Shown piece after piece: positions 19,116 through 27,035 of a DNA stretch of 64,000 nt. Position numbers and translations under genes: made by a program. Positions within the stretch are counted from its first letter, which is position 1. The number at the start of each line of letters is the position of its first letter. The stretch is from an uncultured Desulfurococcaceae archaeon (GTDB taxonomy: Archaea > Thermoproteota > Thermoprotei_A > Sulfolobales > NBVN01), in the NCBI GenBank assembly GCA_964592745.1, contig CAZQFL010000006.1:4942-68941 (forward strand), in the 5' to 3' direction. Under the pieces are notes generated by a model that made no database searches, was not told where the DNA came from, and saw only the letters and a program-made list of their open reading frames with translations.

Positions 19116-20141
19116 TTAACTTGTTAATTCCACGATAATCTCCTTAGGCCCTGGATCACCCTCAATAAAGAGCCATAAAATCGCTTTACCATTACTTGGA
19201 AGGTTTATGTGATCCGAGGGTGATATGTCTGGGAAAGGATTTCCATCATTATTCATATTAATGAGCATATCACATATACTTACATGTCCCCATACACCAG
19301 AGTTACCTACTGATATGAAGGGACCATATAGGAATACTTTTAAGTCATCAACATCTTCAGCATACGCTACTATATTATCCCTTGAAAGAGTTACTGTCTT
19401 CCCTATATTGTTAGATATTACTAAGCCAATCCAACCCCAACCTCCCTTAAATTCACTAAACTTAATCACAATCTTAGATCCATCATTCATTAGACTAACG
19501 AAACCCTCCTCACTTATACATGTATACTTCATGTTAAGCTTAAATGCGTGCGATTTATAGCTTGTAAACTTAAAGCATTTCTTATGATTTGCCCAGTAGG
19601 TATACGTTAATTCAACCCTAAATGAATATGTGGAATTCTCTCTAATACTTTGAAGTACTTCAATATGAAGTACGTACTTATGACTTTCACCAGGATCTAA
19701 CTCTATATCTGTAGGTGGTACTAATGTCACATTAACTACATCGCTAATTAAGGAATAGTTTTCAACAATATCATAAAGCTTCACAGGTAAAGTACCAGTG
19801 TTGGTAACATTAAATGTTATGTCAGTCCTATAGCCAGGATAAGCATTATTAAGTATCAATGATAGCGTTACTACATTACCTAGATCGTCCCACTCAGCTT
19901 CGATCAAACTGCATGATGCTATATCCTTACCCTCAGGGTTATTATAGCCGGGTATTTGTTGATCCGAGCCTAAATCACTACAACTCCAATTACTAAGTGA
20001 GACACAATCATAACCCGTGCCAACAGAAACACCGATATGCAATTTAAGACTATCACTCCATTGAGCCGCAGCAAATGAAAACAAGACAATAAACATGAGT
20101 AGTGTAGGTAGGAGAAAAAACGGTTCTTTTTTATTTAGCAA
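19116..20141 (-). CDS. Secreted TasA/camelysin-like protein with an extra C-terminal domain
   Basis: Signal ...FIVLFSFAAA|QWSDSLKLHIGVSVGTG. Core blocks KDIASC, NNAYPGY, VTNTGTLPVK, PGESHKY. C-terminal 140 aa are homologous to 18668-19114. Confidence 0.6.
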   Translation of the reverse strand: MLNKKEPFFLLPTLLMFIVLFSFAAAQWSDSLKLHIGVSVGTGYDCVSLSNWSCSDLGSDQQIPGYNNPEGKDIASCSLIEAEWDDLGNVVTLSLILNNAYPGYRTDITFNVTNTGTLPVKLYDIVENYSLISDVVNVTLVPPTDIELDPGESHKYVLHIEVLQSIRENSTYSFRVELTYTYWANHKKCFKFTSYKSHAFKLNMKYTCISEEGFVSLMNDGSKIVIKFSEFKGGWGWIGLVISNNIGKTVTLSRDNIVAYAEDVDDLKVFLYGPFISVGNSGVWGHVSICDMLINMNNDGNPFPDISPSDHINLPSNGKAILWLFIEGDPGPKEIIVELTS

Positions 20142-20152
20142 TATTTAACACC

Positions 20153-20791
20153 TCATTCATTCCACTGCCTAGCCTTTAACTTTATTTCTACTATAAATGA
20201 TGAATTCTCTTCAGCTCCCTGCTTAACGTGCATTTCTACGGTGAAGTCTTTATTCTCGCCTGGATGTAGCTGTATATCTTGGATGAAAGATGTAAAGCAT
20301 CCCCACATGTTTATATCCGCATCTCCATCACCATCCGCATCACACTCATAATAATAACCATAAGCATTATTATATTTAAGTTCGCAATCTCTTGATTGTT
20401 CAGGATGATTCAATGGATATACTTTAACGCTCTCAATTTTTACCTTCACTGGTATGGATCCTAGGTTTTGAACTCCCACGGTATTTACCTTACAAATGAA
20501 GCATGGATAAGCATTGTCAATTATTATCTTGAGTTCTTGATCATTATTGCCAAACGGATTATTTAGATCTTCATCTTGTATTTCCTCAAATACAGCTGAA
20601 CAACTAGCTACATCTTTATCATTAATTTCTGAAACCTCCTCAACATATATAGTACCGCTGAAGCTCACATCAACTTCTCCTGTATTTATTGTTGCATGTA
20701 TCTTTAGCGTATCATACCACATAGCAAGAGCAGAACCGAGTATAACAACTAGGAGCAGCGGGATTGCTAAAAATGCTATTAGTTTATTCAT
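20153..20791 (-). CDS. Secreted TasA/camelysin-like protein
   Basis: Signal ...VVILGSALA|MWYDTLKIHATINTGEVDV. Core blocks KDVASC, DNAYPCF, NLGSIPVK, QGAEEN...QWNE. Contains a Cys-flanked acidic loop, CDADGDGDADINMWGC. Confidence 0.6.
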   Translation of the reverse strand: MNKLIAFLAIPLLLVVILGSALAMWYDTLKIHATINTGEVDVSFSGTIYVEEVSEINDKDVASCSAVFEEIQDEDLNNPFGNNDQELKIIIDNAYPCFICKVNTVGVQNLGSIPVKVKIESVKVYPLNHPEQSRDCELKYNNAYGYYYECDADGDGDADINMWGCFTSFIQDIQLHPGENKDFTVEMHVKQGAEENSSFIVEIKLKARQWNE

Positions 20792-20813
20792 ATTCTATTC
20801 ACCCTAACTTTAC

Positions 20814-21377
20814 TTATGATGGTGCTTCATTCCATTGTACGAAGTATAGTTCCACTTGGTGAGTGTATGTATGGTTTTCTTCAGCTCCTTGAAGTATGTG
20901 AATCTTGATAGTGAAGGTAGCTGATTTACCAGGATCTATTTGTTTTGGTTCTAACTCATAAAGTATTTCTACACCGTCATCAAGAGTTTCTCTATCTGAG
21001 AATGGGGATAGCGTTCCAGTAGCATTACTATAAGGTCCCTTTACAGGTATAGTTCCGGTATTATTCACTGTGAATGTTACATTACACCAATAGCTTGGAT
21101 ATCCATTCTCTATAGTTATATTTAAGTCCAGATCATTATCTCCGTAAGAATTACCTGAATCCTCATCCTCGATCTCCATCAGCTCTACATGACAGTTAGC
21201 TACATCCTTACCGTGATCGTTTTCGACACTATCCACCTTTCCAAATTTTACGTCTACATCTCCTGTACTTATTGTTGCTTTTATTTTTAGGGTGTCATAC
21301 CACATAGCAAGAGCAGAACCGAGTACTATTAGTAACATTAGTCCTGCTATTACGGGTATTAAGCCCTTTATTCGCAC
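20814..21377 (-). CDS. Secreted TasA/camelysin-like protein
   Basis: Signal ...LLIVLGSALA|MWYDTLKIKATISTGDVDV. Core blocks KDVANC, ENGYPSY, NNTGTIPVK, QGAEEN...QWNE. GTG start follows GAGGTG. Confidence 0.6.
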   Translation of the reverse strand: MRIKGLIPVIAGLMLLIVLGSALAMWYDTLKIKATISTGDVDVKFGKVDSVENDHGKDVANCHVELMEIEDEDSGNSYGDNDLDLNITIENGYPSYWCNVTFTVNNTGTIPVKGPYSNATGTLSPFSDRETLDDGVEILYELEPKQIDPGKSATFTIKIHILQGAEENHTYTHQVELYFVQWNEAPS

Positions 21378-21496
21378 TTAATATACACCTCAAAAGTTTT
21401 AGGTTTACATATCATTTGAGCCTACACATACAGTTGAACTTATTGTTTAAAAATAAGTGATGCATATGTTTACGTAAGAAGTCGCTTTAAAAAGCT

Positions 21497-21946
21497 CTAT
21501 ACCTTAGATTTACCTCTCAATATCCTCGTCTTAAGGAGTATGAGTATTAGGGCTATTAGAAGGAATAATTGACCTAAGTCAACGCTTAAGACTGTATGTC
21601 CATCGTGGATTAATATGTTTATCAATGGTAGTACATATACTTTGAGACTTCTCCGACTGATGGCTAAGTGTTCATAAATAAGTAATGATATGCCTAAAGT
21701 TACTACAGATAGTATTAGTAGGTAGTCAGTAAGATTTGATGATTTAATTATCCTCAATATCAATACTGTAAGTAAAGTAATGAATATTGCTATAATTAGC
21801 TTACCTAGTGAGTTTATGTATATGGTAGAGATCTCGGTTAAACTTGAGTTAATTATGGAGTATGTGATGATTAATGTTAATGTATATATTAATAATGCCT
21901 TACTTAATGTCTTTACTAACTCAGCCCTTCCAGCTTTGCTCATCAA
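21497..21946 (-). CDS. Small integral membrane protein (4 predicted TM helices)
   Basis: 149 aa, strongly hydrophobic. Same strand as, and immediately upstream of, the secreted-protein cluster. No family recognised. Confidence 0.45.
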   Translation of the reverse strand: MMSKAGRAELVKTLSKALLIYTLTLIITYSIINSSLTEISTIYINSLGKLIIAIFITLLTVLILRIIKSSNLTDYLLILSVVTLGISLLIYEHLAISRRSLKVYVLPLINILIHDGHTVLSVDLGQLFLLIALILILLKTRILRGKSKV

Positions 21947-22010
21947 TCGCTAGACCCTCTTCTCATCACCAAATTTGTATGTATCTTTGTAGTTTATAAT
22001 AGTTCCTAAT

Positions 22011-22910
22011 TTAATATGTGAAGACTATTGAAGCATAACCTACTGCTACATCCTCCTGACCTGTTAATTCAGCTGAGTTGTAATACTTAAGTAGCTTAGC
22101 CTTACCACCAACACTCTTAACGAACTCCATGAGTATTGCTATAGCTCCAGGACCGCATACTGTAGCACCATACTCTCTTACTGACTTAATAAAGCCTTCA
22201 GTATCTAGTTTTAATATATAGTTTATGAATAACATATCAAGCTCCCTAACCTTTCTAGCTACAGCTGTTGTGTATAGAACATAACCGTACATTGATCCGT
22301 GATGTGTGAAATCCGATGAAGCTATTAACAATATGTTTCTCTGTAACTTATCACTAATATCCTTGATTGCTTTAGCCATACTTCTTAACACAGATACGTT
22401 TAACTCCCTAACAACTATTGGTACTAACTTGAATTTACTCTTAAGAACGAATTGAAGGAAGGGTAACTGAACTTCAACTGAATGTTCCTCTAAGTGAGCT
22501 AATGGCTCCTCTTCAACGAGGTTAATCTTTAATAACTCATTAATGAATTCATCATCGGTATCCACATCACCCAGCGGTGTTGACCAAATATACCTCTTGG
22601 TAGTTGTTATAGCTCCTCCTAAGCCCGTATGGTTAGTACCAAGGACTATTACGGTATTAACATCTCTTACATTCTCTCCAATAACTTTGTATAGGTGCGC
22701 TGCACAAGGACCTGAATAGCTATATCCTGCATGTGGTGCAATACCACCAATGACTTTAAGCTCACCAACATAACCTCGTGGTAAGCTACCAGGACCCCAA
22801 ACACTGTCTTCAAAGCATCTCCTTAACTCATTAATTAATTGATCCCTCTTTAATGGATAGAAACCCCATAAAGCCGCTTGAGCAGCTCTAACCTCCTTCA
22901 CCGCACCCAT
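22011..22910 (-). CDS. MEMO1 / AmmeMemoRadiSam system protein B family
   Basis: 299 aa. IAPHAGYSYSGPCAAH...SSDFTHHG motifs match the Memo-like dioxygenase-fold family. Confidence 0.75.
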   Translation of the reverse strand: MGAVKEVRAAQAALWGFYPLKRDQLINELRRCFEDSVWGPGSLPRGYVGELKVIGGIAPHAGYSYSGPCAAHLYKVIGENVRDVNTVIVLGTNHTGLGGAITTTKRYIWSTPLGDVDTDDEFINELLKINLVEEEPLAHLEEHSVEVQLPFLQFVLKSKFKLVPIVVRELNVSVLRSMAKAIKDISDKLQRNILLIASSDFTHHGSMYGYVLYTTAVARKVRELDMLFINYILKLDTEGFIKSVREYGATVCGPGAIAILMEFVKSVGGKAKLLKYYNSAELTGQEDVAVGYASIVFTY

Positions 22911-22971
22911 CGCTAAACCCTAAAATATCTCACTATAGGGTAATTAAGTCATTGAGTTAGCTACTAAGTTA

Positions 22972-23223
22972 ATGAACATTCTAAACTTAGTTAGCCTAAA
23001 GGTAGTGGGGGCTGAAGTGATTGTAAGAGTAAGGATTATTGATGGTAGGGAGTTTCAGGTTAAATTCGAAGGTTGTGACGTTAGGGTTAAGGATATACTT
23101 AAGAAACTTAAGTTATCTAGTGAGGAGTACGTAGTCGTTAAGTCAGGTAATGTAGTGACTGAGGAGGATGGTGTTAGCGATGGTGATGAATTAATACTTT
23201 ATCCGGTGGTTTCAGGTGGTTAA
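22972..23223 (+). CDS. ThiS/MoaD-family ubiquitin-like sulfur carrier (TtuB-like), C-terminal GG
   Basis: Ends ...DGDELILYPVVSGG. The stop overlaps the GTG start of the TtuA-like gene (GTGGTTAA). The likely true start is GTG 23017, giving about 68 aa. Confidence 0.7.
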   Translation: MNILNLVSLKVVGAEVIVRVRIIDGREFQVKFEGCDVRVKDILKKLKLSSEEYVVVKSGNVVTEEDGVSDGDELILYPVVSGG

Positions 23224-24169
23224 GTGTAGCTACTGTGGTAAGCCTGCAGTGTACATATCTAAGGCTGATGGTAAAGCATACTGTGCTAAGCATTTTATTG
23301 AGTATTTTGATAGGAAGGTCCGAAGAACCATAAGAAGATATGGTTTATTCGGTAAGAAGGAGCACATAGTAGTTGCTGTCTCAGGTGGCAAAGACTCTTT
23401 GTCATTACTTCATTACCTTATGAGGTTGGCTAAGAAGGTGCCTACGTGGAAGATTTCTGCATTATTAATTGATGAAGGTATAAAGGGTTATAGGGAATAC
23501 ACGATAAAGGACTTCTTAGACTTCATTAATGATTATAAAGATATTGATTATAAAATTGTTAGCTTTAAAGAAGAATTTGGTGCAACACTTGATGAGATCG
23601 TGAGAATTGGCAGGAAGAGAGGCTTACCGTACTTACCCTGTAGTTACTGTGGAGTCTTTCGAAGATACCTCTTAAACAAAGTAGCTAGGGAAATGGGTGC
23701 TACCGTATTAGCAACCGCACATAATCTTGATGACGTGATTCAAACGTATTTAATGAATATAATAAAGAATAGCTGGGATAAGATAACTAGGTTATCACCA
23801 ACTACAGGTAGTGCTAAACATCCAAAGTTTGTTCGTAAAGTTAAGCCCTTCTTCGAGGTTCTAGAAAAAGAGACAACACTATACGCGATATTGAATAATA
23901 TCTATCCTAAGCACTTTGTTGAGTGTCCATACGCCCCAACAAATATTAGATGGACCATAAGGAAACAATTAAATGAATTAGAAGAGAGGATGCCAGGAAC
24001 AAAATATGGGTTGTTACAGTCACTCCTAACATCACTTAACTTACTTAAGAAGAGTGGTAGAGAAGTCGTTGAACTAAGTACTTGTAAGGTATGTGGTGAA
24101 CCCTCCTCACATGACATATGTAGGGCATGCATGTTTAGAATGGAGTTAGGAATGATTAGAAGTATTTAA
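23216..24169 (+). CDS. ttuA: tRNA 2-thiolation PP-loop ATPase (TtuA/NcsA family)
   Basis: N-terminal CxxC...CxxH zinc finger, PP-loop VAVSGGKDS, Fe-S cysteines PCSYCGVFRR, and a C-terminal CKVCG...CRAC zinc finger. Confidence 0.8.
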   Translation: MVKCSYCGKPAVYISKADGKAYCAKHFIEYFDRKVRRTIRRYGLFGKKEHIVVAVSGGKDSLSLLHYLMRLAKKVPTWKISALLIDEGIKGYREYTIKDFLDFINDYKDIDYKIVSFKEEFGATLDEIVRIGRKRGLPYLPCSYCGVFRRYLLNKVAREMGATVLATAHNLDDVIQTYLMNIIKNSWDKITRLSPTTGSAKHPKFVRKVKPFFEVLEKETTLYAILNNIYPKHFVECPYAPTNIRWTIRKQLNELEERMPGTKYGLLQSLLTSLNLLKKSGREVVELSTCKVCGEPSSHDICRACMFRMELGMIRSI

Positions 24170-24175
24170 TAGATG

Positions 24176-24622
24176 CTATAAGCTATCCCTCTTAATCCTT
24201 AAACCATCACCAACAATCCAATATTCACCATCATCTCTTACCTCTAACTTAAATATTGGGACTTCACGTTTAATCCTCTCAAGTAATTCCTTGCACTTCT
24301 CAAATGCTTTAGATCTGTTTTTAGCAATAACGAATATGTATATGATGGGTTCATGGGGTCTTAAAACACCTACTCTATGGTATACTCGTACATCAGTTAC
24401 ATCATCATCCATAACTTCACTTGCAATTCTCTTAAGTATTTGTGTAGAGTACGGTTCATAAGCTTCATATATGAGCTTATTAACTCTATGACCATCGACA
24501 AACTCTTTAACATAGCCTAAAAACATTACTAATGAGCCTTCACTACTTGAGTTTTTGATCATTTCCTTAATGACTTTATTAACATTTATCTCCTCATGAG
24601 TTATTCTCACATCAACGATCAT
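24176..24622 (-). CDS. moaE: Molybdopterin synthase catalytic subunit MoaE
   Basis: 148 aa. Family-typical GSLVMFLGYVK...YEAYEPY...HRVG. Immediately downstream of moaD. Confidence 0.8.
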   Translation of the reverse strand: MIVDVRITHEEINVNKVIKEMIKNSSSEGSLVMFLGYVKEFVDGHRVNKLIYEAYEPYSTQILKRIASEVMDDDVTDVRVYHRVGVLRPHEPIIYIFVIAKNRSKAFEKCKELLERIKREVPIFKLEVRDDGEYWIVGDGLRIKRDSL

Positions 24623-24625
24623 TCA

Positions 24626-24877
24626 TCACCCACCCGAAGGTACGGTCATGATAGCTACCTCATCCCCATCATGAAGTTTATCTTCGCTATTATACTTTAG
24701 CCCATTAACTAGGAATATGAGTTCTAACTTCTTACTTAACTCTTTCAGTTTAGGATACTTCATGAATATAATGTCGAGGAGCTCTGAGAACTTAGTTTCA
24801 GAATTAAGTTTTACTTTCTCTTCCTTCTTTCCAGTAATGTCAGCTATTAAACCTAGGTATACTACCTTAACCTCCAT
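24626..24877 (-). CDS. moaD: Molybdopterin synthase sulfur carrier MoaD
   Basis: 83 aa beta-grasp protein ending ...DGDEVAIMTVPSGG. Adjacent to moaE. Confidence 0.8.
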   Translation of the reverse strand: MEVKVVYLGLIADITGKKEEKVKLNSETKFSELLDIIFMKYPKLKELSKKLELIFLVNGLKYNSEDKLHDGDEVAIMTVPSGG

Positions 24878-24937
24878 ACAACCCCCTTACTTACCCTTCG
24901 TTAGACCTTAATTTTACTTTACGTAAAGGCTTAATCG

Positions 24938-26950
24938 CTAGTTATTTATATTAATGATTAGTCCGTAAGATAACTTACCGTTTACCCATACTGCTAATGT
25001 GTACTCACCACTACTTAGGTTTTTAAGTATGTCTTTTGTATTAAACTTTATTAACGCACTATATTTATCAATGACCCACTCACTAGCATGTATTGTCTTA
25101 ATACCTTCATACGTATACCCTTTAGGTGCTATACCTAAGATGGGCTCTACTTCACCCTTCTTATAAATGAGTACATTTACTTTACTTATTCTATTATGTT
25201 TATAATTAATCATTAGAGTCACGGATTCATTGTGGATTTTAATAGTAACATTAGGTATTTCGTAATTTACAACAGCAATACTCATGGAATAATTACCTAT
25301 ATGGACCCAAATATAAGATTCGTTACCTATGTACTCACTGAAGTATTTCCTTGCAATACTTAAAGCTTTCATTGCGAGGAAATCTATCCATTGATTCTTA
25401 AATACGGGATTATAAAAGTACGTTACAGGTACAGCTTCACTCATTCTTAAACCTGAAATGGGTGGTACTAATAGTGTTAGCCTACCCACTAGAAGGTTAC
25501 TCTCTATTAAACTTAATAATTTAGGCTCAATAGTTAAGCCTAAATATTTGCTTAATCTCATTGATACTTCACAATCAAGATAAGGTATTGAATCTTGTGG
25601 ATATGAATCATAGTTAAACAACTTACTTAAGTCAACGTTTGGGAATACTTCAACTACGGGTGTTTTACCTCCTTTAATTTGAATTATGTCAGCACGTACA
25701 GTCCTACTTTTAAGTATATATTCTACATAGTCTTGAATCTCCATTGGGGGCGGATGTTGGTCAAGTATAAATAGTGAATTATTTAAATATATAGCTGCTA
25801 CAGCATGGTTTACTGATTTGATACTCAATATGTATGTTGGACTTACATTAACTGACTGAAGGGCTGCTGAAATTAGTACGGAATAGTCAATACATATCCC
25901 TTTACCTCTATTTATCGTTGTTAATGGGTTATTTATGTAGAGTATACCTTTAGCCTCCTTATCATAATCGTACCTTATGTTACTGCTAACCCATTCTAAT
26001 ACTCTCCATATCTTACTAGTTACTTCTGTAACACTCTCATTACCGAAAATCTTACTTCTAATAACTTCTAGTAAGCTAGACCTATGGTAGCATACTAAAC
26101 TCGTTAAGTAGCTACTTACTTCAGTACCATACTCCCCACCCTCACAAACAAGACTTGCGGGTTTTTCCTCAAGTTTGATGTCATTTATAGATATGGTCAA
26201 GTTCTTCTTCACGAAATCAGCTATTAACACCTCTCTTGGATTCCACCTATAACCACTCCATACTATTAATTTATAATTACCATCATTAATTACGTTAATA
26301 ATCTTACTTACATTAATCATTAACACCGTTAATGTCTCATTAATATAAGTGTAATCAGCCTGTATAACATTTCTCTCCCTCCCTTGAAGTGGTAAGATTA
26401 TGTATTTGGGATATTCATCGCCTTCCTCATATATACCTATGGAGTGTAATAACCCTCGAACCCCTATGATTAACTTCCCATTACTCATGTATATGAATGC
26501 GTGACCTCCCCTTACATAATTATCGATATCGATATTAAAGATAGCACTTAAGTTAATGCTTAAGATTCCTAATGTTTCCTTATCCATACATGAAGCTACT
26601 ACGTTCCTAAACTTAATCTTTGTTATCTGTACCTTACTCTTACTTTTATTTAATATTGTGGTTAATGATGTAGTTAACGATTTTGTAGGAGTAGTCGTAT
26701 GTGGTATGGTTTGATTACTTACTGCAGTGCTAATTGTAACTGACTTAGTGCTCCTTAAATCAGTTCTTGAAGTTTCCTTTCTAGTACTCTTTGTGATCGA
26801 ATAAATCGATTGAGTATTGAAAGTACTTATGGTAGTTTTAAGAGGGGTTGTTACTTCCCTTAATTTCACCGTAGGTACTTCTCTGATTAAGAGCAATGAT
26901 ATGGCTAATAACAATAGCGCAATAATTACTATGATCATGAATTTCTGCAT
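24938..26950 (-). CDS. Membrane-anchored transglutaminase-like cysteine protease-fold protein
   Basis: 670 aa. N-terminal TM helix, an about 90-aa Thr/Ser-rich stalk, and a transglutaminase core with a Cys-His-Asp arrangement (GKGICIDYS ... NHAVAAIY ... ILDQ). Confidence 0.7.
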   Translation of the reverse strand: MQKFMIIVIIALLLLAISLLLIREVPTVKLREVTTPLKTTISTFNTQSIYSITKSTRKETSRTDLRSTKSVTISTAVSNQTIPHTTTPTKSLTTSLTTILNKSKSKVQITKIKFRNVVASCMDKETLGILSINLSAIFNIDIDNYVRGGHAFIYMSNGKLIIGVRGLLHSIGIYEEGDEYPKYIILPLQGRERNVIQADYTYINETLTVLMINVSKIINVINDGNYKLIVWSGYRWNPREVLIADFVKKNLTISINDIKLEEKPASLVCEGGEYGTEVSSYLTSLVCYHRSSLLEVIRSKIFGNESVTEVTSKIWRVLEWVSSNIRYDYDKEAKGILYINNPLTTINRGKGICIDYSVLISAALQSVNVSPTYILSIKSVNHAVAAIYLNNSLFILDQHPPPMEIQDYVEYILKSRTVRADIIQIKGGKTPVVEVFPNVDLSKLFNYDSYPQDSIPYLDCEVSMRLSKYLGLTIEPKLLSLIESNLLVGRLTLLVPPISGLRMSEAVPVTYFYNPVFKNQWIDFLAMKALSIARKYFSEYIGNESYIWVHIGNYSMSIAVVNYEIPNVTIKIHNESVTLMINYKHNRISKVNVLIYKKGEVEPILGIAPKGYTYEGIKTIHASEWVIDKYSALIKFNTKDILKNLSSGEYTLAVWVNGKLSYGLIININN

Positions 26951-27035
26951 GAATTACTCCAAAAAATTCTTACTTTTCAACCTTAATTTTGTGTTTAGAG
27001 GTGCTCTAGCTATAATTAGGGGCTATGGTGATTAC

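Noticed and set aside
21940-22010. C/D-box-like string on the minus strand (GTGATGA ... TGATGA ... CTGA)
   Set aside because: It has no acceptable D' box and a 15-nt second spacer. Its 3' half is the start codon region of ORF 21497-21946.
26817-27035. Long N-terminal extension of the epimerase ORF in the track
   Set aside because: The extension overlaps the start of the divergently transcribed transglutaminase-like gene. The Rossmann motif begins right after the internal ATG at 27036.
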